This document shows, in pieces, positions 25,105-32,643 of a stretch of DNA of 64,000 nucleotides. Source of the DNA: Clostridia bacterium. GTDB lineage: Bacteria > Bacillota > Clostridia > TANB77 > RGIG9151. The notes below the pieces were generated by a model, which saw nothing but the letters and a program-made list of their open reading frames with translations, did not search any database and had not been told where the DNA came from. Within the stretch, counting starts at the first letter, position 1, and each line of letters starts with the position of its first letter. The stretch covers positions 39,515 to 103,514 of the forward strand of contig JAGBIO010000011.1 in NCBI GenBank assembly GCA_017934955.1, given 5' to 3'. Position numbers and translations under genes: made by a program.

Positions 25105-25872
25105 ATGAGTTTGTTGACGGGAAAAAATGTGTTGATTATGGGAATTCGAAATCGTTGGAGTATTGCGTGGGGAATTGCGAAGAGTTGCCATGAGCAGGGT
25201 GCAAGACTTTTCTTTACATATAAAGGTGAGCGGGAAAAGGCTTCGGTGGAGGAGCTTGTGAAGGAGTTTGAAAATTATGAAATTATGCCTTGTGACGTGG
25301 AAAATGAGGAAGAGGTAAAACAGGTATTTGCTGAATTAAAGAAGTCTGTAAAGGAAGTGCATGGGGTTGTGCATTGTATTGCACATGCCTATAAAGAGGA
25401 TATGAAGAATGAATTTTTAGATACTTCGAAAGATGGATATTTTCATGCGATGGATGTGACTTCTTATTCTTTGATTTTGGTGGCGAAATATGCGAAAGAT
25501 TTGATGCCGAATGGCGGAAGTATTGTCACAATCAGTTATTACGGCGCAAGCAAGGTAATGCCGGGGTATAATTTGATGGGAGCGGCGAAAGCAGCTTTGG
25601 AAGCGAATGTTCGGTATTTGGCGAGTGAAATCGGACCAATCGGAATTCGTGTGAACTCTATTTCTTCCGGTCCGATTAAGACGATATCCACAAGAGAAAT
25701 CAATGACTTTTATGTGATGTTGGAGGCAATTGAGAAGAAGGCGCCGTTAAGACGTTCGGTGACGCCTGCGGAAATTGGAGATTCGACGGTATTTTTATTG
25801 AGCGATCTTTCGAGAGGAATTACGGGTACCAATTTATATGTAGATAACGGCTATCATATTATGGGAATATAA
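25105..25872 (+). CDS. fabI: Enoyl-[acyl-carrier-protein] reductase (NADH), FabI type
   Basis: Start moved to ATG 25105 after AAGGAGG; the track start lies inside a REP. Motifs are GKNVLIMGIRNRWSIAWGIAK and Y-x6-K (YNLMGAAK). SDR fold. Confidence 0.9.
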   Translation: MSLLTGKNVLIMGIRNRWSIAWGIAKSCHEQGARLFFTYKGEREKASVEELVKEFENYEIMPCDVENEEEVKQVFAELKKSVKEVHGVVHCIAHAYKEDMKNEFLDTSKDGYFHAMDVTSYSLILVAKYAKDLMPNGGSIVTISYYGASKVMPGYNLMGAAKAALEANVRYLASEIGPIGIRVNSISSGPIKTISTREINDFYVMLEAIEKKAPLRRSVTPAEIGDSTVFLLSDLSRGITGTNLYVDNGYHIMGI

Positions 25873-25984
25873 TTATTATTGTAATTTTCTCGTAGTTTTA
25901 CCAAGCTATCTATTTGGTGAATTTGGATATCATGATGGTGTCCCTATGAAGGTATAAGTTATTAATAGGTAAGGAGGAAGCCGT

Positions 25985-26521
25985 ATGGATTATAAAAAGT
26001 GTGAATTTTGCGGAGAAAACGTACATATTCGAAGCAGAAAATGTCCGTTCTGCGGAAATATTTTATCAGAAGAGCCGGTTGTGAAGGAAGAAACAGAGCC
26101 CGTTCCTGAAGAAACGGAAGTGCTAAAGTCAGAAACGACTTCGGAAAACGTAGAAATGCCTTTAGAGGAGAAAAAGGAAGAAACCTTTACGGATCCGAAG
26201 TTTAGTTTTTCTGTGGGAACAGAAGAACCGAAGGATTATATTTACAAAGCGGAAGTTAGACATAGCGTAGAATATACAAGACCTTTATCGAACTGGATAA
26301 AGACGTTTTTAGCGGCGTTTTGCGTGGTTCCTTTTCTCGGGCAGATTGTGGGAGCGTTTTTTGGAGTGTATTACAGTGCGCATGAAGATAATGACAGAAG
26401 GAGTTATGGGAGTTCTTTAATTACGCTTTCGATTTTAATTTTCTTATTTTATGTGATGGAATTTAAGTATATTTTCAGCATGCCGGAATTTCAGAGTATT
26501 TATAATTCTTTGATGCAGTAA
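25985..26521 (+). CDS. Zinc-ribbon membrane protein (178 aa)
   Basis: The N-terminus is CEFCGENV...CPFCGN. An acidic linker follows, then two C-terminal TM segments. Confidence 0.65.
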   Translation: MDYKKCEFCGENVHIRSRKCPFCGNILSEEPVVKEETEPVPEETEVLKSETTSENVEMPLEEKKEETFTDPKFSFSVGTEEPKDYIYKAEVRHSVEYTRPLSNWIKTFLAAFCVVPFLGQIVGAFFGVYYSAHEDNDRRSYGSSLITLSILIFLFYVMEFKYIFSMPEFQSIYNSLMQ

Positions 26522-26540
26522 CAGGAAAGGGGGATTTTGT

Positions 26541-27179
26541 ATGAAAATTGCGTTGATTAATGAAAATAGTCAGGCAAGTAAAAATCGTATGATTTACGAA
26601 GCTTTAAATAAGGTGGCTTTGAAAAAAGGACACGTTGTACATAATTATGGAATAGAAAATGCGGAAGATGTAACATTGACGTATGTGCAAGCGGGTTTGT
26701 TGGCGGCGATTTTATTAAACAGCGGTGCGGCAGATTTTGTGGTGACAGGGTGCGGAACCGGAGAGGGCGCTATGTTGGCGTTAAACAGTTTTCCCAATGT
26801 GCTTTGCGGGCATATTGTTGATCCGACGGATGCGTATTTATTTGCACAAATTAATAATGGCAATGCGATTGCGATTCCGTTTGCCAAGGGCTTCGGTTGG
26901 GGTAGTGAGTTGACGTTGGAGAGTATGTTTGAGGAATTGTTTAAGGAAGAATTCGGAAAGGGCTATCCGAAGGAAAGAGCGATTCCGGAACAAAGAAATA
27001 AAATGATTTTAGATGAAGTGAAGAAGATTACGCATACCGATATAGAGGAGATTTTAGAGAAAATCGATCAAGATTTTCTGATGCAAACGATTCAACGTGA
27101 GACGTTTCAAAAATATTTCTTTGAGAATGCGACAGATGAGAGTTTGAAGAAGATAATCAGGGATAAGTTGGAAAAGTAA
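26541..27179 (+). CDS. RpiB/LacA/LacB-family sugar-phosphate isomerase-like protein (long form)
   Basis: The VVTGCGTGEGAMLALNSFPNVLCG motif resembles the RpiB family GxCGTGxG core. 212 aa. Confidence 0.6.
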   Translation: MKIALINENSQASKNRMIYEALNKVALKKGHVVHNYGIENAEDVTLTYVQAGLLAAILLNSGAADFVVTGCGTGEGAMLALNSFPNVLCGHIVDPTDAYLFAQINNGNAIAIPFAKGFGWGSELTLESMFEELFKEEFGKGYPKERAIPEQRNKMILDEVKKITHTDIEEILEKIDQDFLMQTIQRETFQKYFFENATDESLKKIIRDKLEK

Positions 27180-27217
27180 TTTGATGTTACTTGTCAGAAC
27201 TAAAAATTATAGAGAAG

Positions 27218-27477
27218 GCACAAATGCTGTCCACAGAAAAGGCGGAAAGCAGGACAGCATGAATGCTGTCCCTACAATGGTTGTAGCATCATTATAAAAA
27301 GCTATAGTCTGACCTGTAACACATTTGAGTTACAATTCAGAATATATTCTCTACAATAATGGCACAATCCTTGTAGGGACACAATTTATTGTGTCCATGA
27401 AATAGGCAGGCGTTAAAATTAGGACACAATGAATTGTGTCCGTACATCATTATAGGCAAATATGTATGACCTGTAAC
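27218..27477. repeat. Two composite REP elements adjacent to each other, with their TGTAAC-end motifs forming an inverted pair
   Basis: A truncated REP half lies at 27224-27232. REPs lie at 27252-27275, 27373-27396 and 27422-27445. AGTCTGACCTGTAAC (27306-27320) faces GTTACAATTCAGA (27329-27341). A further GTATGACCTGTAAC lies at 27464-27477. Confidence 0.85.
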
Positions 27478-27507
27478 TACATTTGATGTCGACTTTAAAA
27501 AAAACTA

Positions 27508-27537
27508 TTGACAATTCTTAGAAAAGTGTAGTATAAT
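27508..27537 (+). promoter_or_regulatory. Sigma-A type promoter of rpmF
   Basis: TTGACA (27508-27513), an 18-nt spacer, then TATAAT (27532-27537). Confidence 0.65.
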
Positions 27538-27611
27538 GAAACACGTTGAATTGAGAAAAAACGTAAGTTTCTATATAAGCGATATAGAGATTGTTTTAGG
27601 AGGTGTAAGAG

Positions 27612-27800
27612 ATGGCTCAACCGAAAAGAAGATGGTCTAAAGAAAGAACTCATTTGAGAAGATCTACTTGGAAATTAGAGGCTAAGAATATTACAGAATG
27701 TCCTCATTGCCACGAAGCTGTTGAATCTCACAGGGTTTGCAGAAATTGCGGATATTACAACGGTAAAGAAGTTGTTAAAGTAGAAGAAGTGAATGCTTAG
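27612..27800 (+). CDS. rpmF: 50S ribosomal protein L32
   Basis: [17 protein letters not shown]...CPHCHE...[15 protein letters not shown] is the L32 zinc-ribbon pattern. Confidence 0.93.
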   Translation: MAQPKRRWSKERTHLRRSTWKLEAKNITECPHCHEAVESHRVCRNCGYYNGKEVVKVEEVNA

Positions 27801-27834
27801 AAAAGTAACTGTCGATAAGGCAGTTATTTTTTTT
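27801..27834 (+). terminator. Rho-independent terminator after rpmF
   Basis: AAAAGTAACTG-TCGATAAGG-CAGTTATTTTTTTT. Confidence 0.6.
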
Positions 27835-27937
27835 GACTTTGTTAAAAAATATGTTAAAATAAATTGAAGGAATTTTGAAACATATTTGTTTTTTTGTCGT
27901 CTAATAAAAGAATATGAATACATAGGAGGAGAAAATT

Positions 27938-28735
27938 ATGGAAATGAAAAAGATTTTTACCGTTATGGTGGCAGGAAGTTTGGTATTTGCTTGTGCGGCT
28001 TGCGGGAAGAAAGACAACACAGATACGCAGGTGAATCAAGATGGTGGAAATACGCCGGTGATAAATGAGGAGACTCCGAATAATGAGACGCCGGTTGCGG
28101 GGGAAGAAAATCCTACTTTGACACCGGGAGAAAATATACCAAGTGAAGAAAATAAGCCTGTAGAGAGTAAACCGGAAGAAAGTAAGCCGGTAGATAATAA
28201 GCCTGCAGATAATAAACCGGCAGATAATAAACCGGCAGATAATAAGCCTGCGGATAATAACTCTACAGATAATAAGCCGGTGGAAGAATTACCGGCAGAG
28301 AAGCCTCAGGAAGAACCGAAGGAGGAAGAGCCAACAGAAAAATCGGTTGGTAATATTCTTTTAGATGATTTTAAAGCGAAAGCAGATTCCGCATCAAGTA
28401 TGTTGGATTTAGCGGAAAGTTTAAGACAGAATTCTGTTATTCCGTTTATGAGTGGTGCAATGGAGATTGAAGAAGGATTCCTTTCAGGTTTTGATAATGC
28501 TGAAATTAAAGGTTTCAAATCAGGCGCATCTTTTGGACCGATGATTGGTTCGATTCCTTTTATTGGTTATGTGTTTGAATTAGAAAATGCTGCAGATGTA
28601 CCTTCTTTTATTTCTTTATTAGAGAGTAACGCTAATTTGAGATGGAATATTTGTGTGCAAGCAGATGAAATGGTATCCGGTAGCATAGGCAACAAAGTAT
28701 TTTTTGTGATGGCTCCGACGCATTTTGGAAAATAG
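27938..28735 (+). CDS. Probable lipoprotein with KPxDN tandem repeats and a C-terminal globular domain
   Basis: Signal peptide has a Cys-containing lipobox-like end (LVFACAACG). A Pro/Glu/Asn-rich linker follows, with (D/E)NKPAD repeated. Confidence 0.7.
   Translation: MEMKKIFTVMVAGSLVFACAACGKKDNTDTQVNQDGGNTPVINEETPNNETPVAGEENPTLTPGENIPSEENKPVESKPEESKPVDNKPADNKPADNKPADNKPADNNSTDNKPVEELPAEKPQEEPKEEEPTEKSVGNILLDDFKAKADSASSMLDLAESLRQNSVIPFMSGAMEIEEGFLSGFDNAEIKGFKSGASFGPMIGSIPFIGYVFELENAADVPSFISLLESNANLRWNICVQADEMVSGSIGNKVFFVMAPTHFGK
28193..28282 (+). repeat. Six tandem 15-nt repeats (GATAATAARCCNGCN) encoding DNKPA
   Basis: Read directly from the sequence. They lie in frame inside the lipoprotein gene. 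Confidence 0.85.
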
Positions 28736-28748
28736 TGAATAATTAAAT

Positions 28749-28781
28749 AGAGTGCCTTTTGTATGGGCACTCTGTTTTTTT
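28749..28781 (+). terminator. Rho-independent terminator
   Basis: AGAGTGCC-TTTTGTATG-GGCACTCT-GTTTTTTT. Confidence 0.7.
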
Positions 28782-28794
28782 GAGGGGGGTAGGT

Positions 28795-30198
28795 ATGCTT
28801 TTTTCGAGTATTACATTTATTTATTATTTTTTGCCGGTTGTGATATTGCTATACTTTATTGTACCGTTTCGATTTAAGAATTTGGTGTTATTTTGTGCGA
28901 GTATTTTCTTCTATTTTTGGGGAGAACCGGTTTATACATTAATTATGATTTTTACAGCTCTTTCGGGATATCTGCATGGTCTGTTGATTGATCAATTCCG
29001 AGGAACCAAGGCTTCGAAGGTTTGGGTAGTTTCTTCGATTGTGGTGAGTTTGGCGGTTTTGGGGTTGTTTAAGTATTCGGATTTTTTTGTGGAAACTTGG
29101 AACGGACTTTTTAAAACCGATGTTGCTTTGCTGAAGTTGGCTTTACCGATCGGAATCAGTTTTTATACTTTCCAGACGTTAAGTTATACGATTGATTTGT
29201 ATCGTGGGACGACGAAGGTGCAAAAGAATTTTTTGAATTTTGCGACGTATGTGGTGTTATTTCCGCAGTTGATTGCAGGTCCGATTGTACGGTATGTGGA
29301 TGTTGAGAAAGAGTTGACGGAGAGAAAGCATAATTTTGAAAATTTTGCTTATGGCGTGAATCGTTTTGTATTAGGAATGGCGAAGAAAGTTTTGTTGGCG
29401 AATCAATTTGGAGAGTTATGCGAGATTTTTAAGGCGACGGATGAGAAAACGATTGTGTTTTATTGGGTGTATGCTTTAGCGTATGCGTTGCACATTTATT
29501 TTGATTTTTCCGGTTACAGCGATATGGCGATTGGATTGGGAAGAATTTTCGGATTTCATTTTCCGGAAAACTTCAATTATCCGTATATTTCGAAGAGTAT
29601 TACCGAGTTTTGGAGAAGATGGCATATTACGTTGAGTAGTTGGTTTCGAGATTATGTGTATATCCCGCTTGGCGGAAATCGGGTATCGAAGTTAAAGTGG
29701 TTTCGCAATATTTTAATTGTTTGGGCGCTTACGGGAATGTGGCATGGTGCCGGTTGGAATTTTATTGCATGGGGATTGTTTTTTGCGGTTTTGTTGATTT
29801 TGGAAAAGGCGTTTTTGGGAGACTTGTTGAAGAAAATTCCTGCTGTATTTTCTTGGTTTTATACGATGATTTTGGTGTTTATCAGCTGGATTTTGTTTGA
29901 TGCAGAGAGTATTCAAATGGCGCTTTCTCGTATTGTTGCGATGTTTGGCGGGGCCGGGATTGCGTTTAACAATTCTGTGACGAGCTATTATTTTATTAGT
30001 TATGCGTTCCTTTTGGAAATTGGCTGTATTGGGGCGACGCCGCTTTGCAAGATACTTGTGAATAAGTTAAAAGAAAAAGAATGGGCAAATCGTGTTGTGA
30101 ATGTTTTGGAACCGATTGTACAAGTTGTGTTGTTATTGGTTGTGACGGCGTATTTGGTGGATGGTTCTTTTAATCCATTCTTGTATTTCCGATTCTAA
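28795..30198 (+). CDS. MBOAT-family O-acyltransferase (AlgI/DltB/PatA-like)
   Basis: Start moved to ATG 28795. Polytopic membrane protein with the MBOAT signature region ..FWRRWHITLSSWFRDYVYIPLGGNR...MWHGAGWNF.. (conserved His). Confidence 0.9.
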   Translation: MLFSSITFIYYFLPVVILLYFIVPFRFKNLVLFCASIFFYFWGEPVYTLIMIFTALSGYLHGLLIDQFRGTKASKVWVVSSIVVSLAVLGLFKYSDFFVETWNGLFKTDVALLKLALPIGISFYTFQTLSYTIDLYRGTTKVQKNFLNFATYVVLFPQLIAGPIVRYVDVEKELTERKHNFENFAYGVNRFVLGMAKKVLLANQFGELCEIFKATDEKTIVFYWVYALAYALHIYFDFSGYSDMAIGLGRIFGFHFPENFNYPYISKSITEFWRRWHITLSSWFRDYVYIPLGGNRVSKLKWFRNILIVWALTGMWHGAGWNFIAWGLFFAVLLILEKAFLGDLLKKIPAVFSWFYTMILVFISWILFDAESIQMALSRIVAMFGGAGIAFNNSVTSYYFISYAFLLEIGCIGATPLCKILVNKLKEKEWANRVVNVLEPIVQVVLLLVVTAYLVDGSFNPFLYFRF

Positions 30199-30213
30199 AT
30201 AAGCGGAGTTTTG

Positions 30214-30320
30214 GGACACCATGAATGGTGTCCGTACGGATAGAGAGAATTTTGTGTGGACAGCATGAATGATGACATACGGATAGACAGAATTTTGTAG
30301 GGACAGCATTTATGCTGTCC
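30214..30320. repeat. REP cluster (3 copies; first is the CACCAT/ATGGTG class, second is decayed)
   Basis: 30214-30237 is GGACACCATGAATGGTGTCC-GTAC. 30258-30280 is degenerate. 30297-30320 is GTAG-GGACAGCATTTATGCTGTCC. Confidence 0.85.
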
Positions 30321-30369
30321 TAAGGATTGATAGTGTGGAAAGATAGGCTTGAGAGAATGGAGGGAAAGA

Positions 30370-31494
30370 ATGAAAAATCGAGGTAGAGATATTGCGGTAA
30401 CAATTGTTTTTGTTTTCTTTCTTTTTGCTTTTTTCGGAATAAACCTTCTAAAGAGTCCGGAGGAAATTTCGGTGAGTGAAAGAAGAAAATTAGCGATGAT
30501 GCCGGAGTTTAGCGGGGAGAATGTGAAATCGACGAAGTTTATGACGGATTTTGAGAAGTATGCGTTAGATCAGTTTCCGTTTCGGGAGGATTTCAGACGC
30601 TTAAAGGCGAAGGTACTTTTTGATGTGTTTCAACAGAAGGATAATCATGAGATTTATATCGCGGAGAATCAGGCGTCGGCGTATAAGGATAAATTTAACG
30701 AGGTATCGGTTCAAGATGCTGCGAAGAAATTTAATAAGTTGCAGAAACAGTTTTTGTTAAATATGAATGTGTATTATTCTGTGATTCCGGATAAGAATTA
30801 TTTCTTGGCGGAAAAGAATGGTTATCCGCATTACAATTATGCGGAATTTGAAAAATTGCTAACGTCGAATGTAAATGAGAATTTAACCTATATTTCGCTA
30901 TTTGATTGTTTGCGTCCGGAGGATTATTATTCGACGGATACGCATTGGCGGCAGGAAAAATTAAAAAATGTTGTCAATCGCCTCGGAGAGAACATGAGAT
31001 TTCATAAGCGTTTTGAGGAGCAAAATTATGAAAGGTCGGAGACGCATGATTTTTACGGTGTGTTTTACGGTCAGTCTGCCTTACCGATGGAAGCGGATGT
31101 GTTGGTTTATTTGACAAATGATGCGATAAAAACTGCAAAAGTTTCAATATTGGATGAAGAGACTTTTGAAATGAAACCGGCGGAGGTATATGCCAAGGAA
31201 AAATTGGAGGGGCAAGATTCGTATGACGTGTTTTTATCGGGAGCGACCGCGCTAATTACAATTGAGAATGAACAGGCGGAGACAGAAAAGGAGTTATATA
31301 TTTTCCGTGATTCTTACGGAAGCAGTTTGACGCCATTATTGATTAGCGAATACAAGAAAATTACGATGATTGATTTAAGATATATTGCAACGCCGGCATT
31401 AAAGCAACTGGTGGAGTGGAAAGATGGACAGGATGCGTTGATTATCTTGTGTACGGATGTGATTAACAGCAGTTCTATTTTAAAGGTTTTTTAG
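30370..31494 (+). CDS. DHHW-family protein (AlgX/AlgJ/PatB-like partner of the MBOAT)
   Basis: Start moved to ATG 30370 after GGAGGG. There is an N-terminal TM anchor. The STDTHW motif is a DHHW-type variant. It lies adjacent to the MBOAT gene. Confidence 0.75.
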   Translation: MKNRGRDIAVTIVFVFFLFAFFGINLLKSPEEISVSERRKLAMMPEFSGENVKSTKFMTDFEKYALDQFPFREDFRRLKAKVLFDVFQQKDNHEIYIAENQASAYKDKFNEVSVQDAAKKFNKLQKQFLLNMNVYYSVIPDKNYFLAEKNGYPHYNYAEFEKLLTSNVNENLTYISLFDCLRPEDYYSTDTHWRQEKLKNVVNRLGENMRFHKRFEEQNYERSETHDFYGVFYGQSALPMEADVLVYLTNDAIKTAKVSILDEETFEMKPAEVYAKEKLEGQDSYDVFLSGATALITIENEQAETEKELYIFRDSYGSSLTPLLISEYKKITMIDLRYIATPALKQLVEWKDGQDALIILCTDVINSSSILKVF

Positions 31495-31508
31495 AAATTG
31501 TATTTTTA

Positions 31509-31537
31509 TTGCAAAATTATGTAAAATGGTGTATAAT
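31509..31537 (+). promoter_or_regulatory. Near-consensus sigma-A promoter with extended -10
   Basis: TTGCAA (31509-31514), a 17-nt spacer ending in TG, then TATAAT (31532-31537). Confidence 0.65.
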
Positions 31538-31631
31538 GTTAGTATGATTAAAATTCCTAAATCGTGGGACAATTATGGGTCTCACAGTCGGCAAAACAAC
31601 AAAGGAATGGAAAAAGAAAAGGAGAATGAAT

Positions 31632-31952
31632 ATGATGGATACGAAGATTACGCTGGCAATGGTTGCGCAGAATGCTCCGGCCTTCAAGTCGGAAGAAACC
31701 ATGGAAAGTCTGGTGATTCCTGAGCCTGTGAAGGCAGAAGATACGATGGAAAGTCTTGAAATTCCGCAGGATTGCGGTGATTCGGACGACACCATGCAGG
31801 CGATTGCTCGGAATTTGCCGAAGCAGGAAACGCAGGTGAATTACCTCTGGCACCTTTACTCCAACGCGCAGCGGAGTAAGCAGAATCCGCAGCCGGAAGT
31901 GAAGCGGACAGAAGGATTTGATCCTTTGTCTTCGCTTGCACTTCGCAGATGA
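31632..31952 (+). CDS. Hypothetical acidic protein (106 aa) with three (D/E)(D/E)TM(E/Q)(S/A)(L/I) repeats; GC-richer orphan
   Basis: ATG 31632 sits 7 nt after GGAG. The repeats are EETMESLVIPEP / EDTMESLEIPQD / DDTMQAIARNLP. A terminator follows. All other frames are also open here because of the local GC rise, so the coding call is moderate. Confidence 0.5.
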   Translation: MMDTKITLAMVAQNAPAFKSEETMESLVIPEPVKAEDTMESLEIPQDCGDSDDTMQAIARNLPKQETQVNYLWHLYSNAQRSKQNPQPEVKRTEGFDPLSSLALRR

Positions 31953-31973
31953 AGTCACGGATTTCTTCTACTC

Positions 31974-32007
31974 AAAAAAACTCGGTTAACAGCCGAGTTC
32001 TTTTTTT
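31974..32007 (+). terminator. Rho-independent terminator
   Basis: AAAAAAACTCGG-TTAACAG-CCGAGTTCTTTTTTT. Confidence 0.8.
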
Positions 32008-32076
32008 GTGAAATTTTTTATTAAATATAGATTGAAATAACGATTATAAAGTCGTGTCGTTTCTTGTTTTTTCTTG

Positions 32077-32105
32077 TTGACAGAAAAGGGAAGAATCTCT
32101 AAAAT
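32077..32105 (+). promoter_or_regulatory. Sigma-A type promoter of the hydrogenase cluster
   Basis: TTGACA (32077-32082), a 17-nt spacer, then TAAAAT (32100-32105). Confidence 0.6.
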
Positions 32106-32134
32106 GATAGTAGAAAGTTAGGAGGAGGCAGAGT

Positions 32135-32377
32135 ATGGATATCAATGTTTGTGTGGGTAGTTCTTGTCATTTGAAGGGGTCTTATAAGATTATTAATTTG
32201 ATGAAGGAAGCGATTGAGAAGAATCAGCTTTCGGACAAAGTGAATGTGAGTGCGGCTTTTTGTTTGGGACAATGTACGACGGGAGTTACCGTAAAGATTG
32301 ATGATGAGATCGTTTGCGGGGTTTCGGAAGAAAATTTTAATGAGATTTTTGCAGAGAAGGTTTTGAAGAAGGTGTAA
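32135..32377 (+). CDS. Thioredoxin-like [2Fe-2S] ferredoxin (NuoE/HndA-like small protein; HfsA-like)
   Basis: 80 aa with the Cys pattern C-x4-C...C-x3-C (VCVGSSCHLKG ... AAFCLGQCTTG). Confidence 0.75.
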   Translation: MDINVCVGSSCHLKGSYKIINLMKEAIEKNQLSDKVNVSAAFCLGQCTTGVTVKIDDEIVCGVSEENFNEIFAEKVLKKV

Positions 32378-32387
32378 ACGTGGGAGT

Positions 32388-32601
32388 GGACACAATAAAG
32401 TGTGTCCGTACAGATACGAAGAGGATTTATTTAAGAAGATGGTGTAATAATGGACAGCATGAATGCTGTCCGTACGGATAGGAAGAGGATTTATTTAAGA
32501 AGATGGTGTAATAATGGACAGCATGAATGCTGTCCGTACAGAAACTTAGCAGAAATTTAAAAACAAGCACAACCCATGTAGGGACACAATTTATTGTGTC
32601 C
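32388..32601. repeat. REP cluster (4 copies, including a 64-nt tandem duplication) between the ferredoxin and sensory hydrogenase genes
   Basis: Copies lie at 32388-32411, 32452-32475, 32516-32539 and 32578-32601. The unit GTCCGTAC-GGATAGGAAGAGGATTTATTTAAGAAGATGGTGTAATAATGGACAGC is repeated. Confidence 0.9.
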
Positions 32602-32643
32602 ACAGGAATAGCAGAATCTTGCTTAATTCAGAGGAGGTTTGAA

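Noticed and set aside
31517-31958. Three minus-strand ORFs (85-133 aa) overlapping the 31632-31952 gene
   Set aside because: The local GC rise leaves all frames open. Only the plus-strand frame has a promoter, an RBS and a terminator in the right places. The coding status of that frame is itself only moderate.
32527-32643. N-terminal extensions MLSVQ... proposed by the ORF track for the sensory hydrogenase (32527), the catalytic hydrogenase (35501) and an ORF at 44708
   Set aside because: The ATG is the ATGCTGTCCGTACAG inside a REP arm. Proper RBS-preceded starts exist downstream at 32644 and 35561. The same artefact explains the fabI track start (25054) and the rpsS track start (48234).
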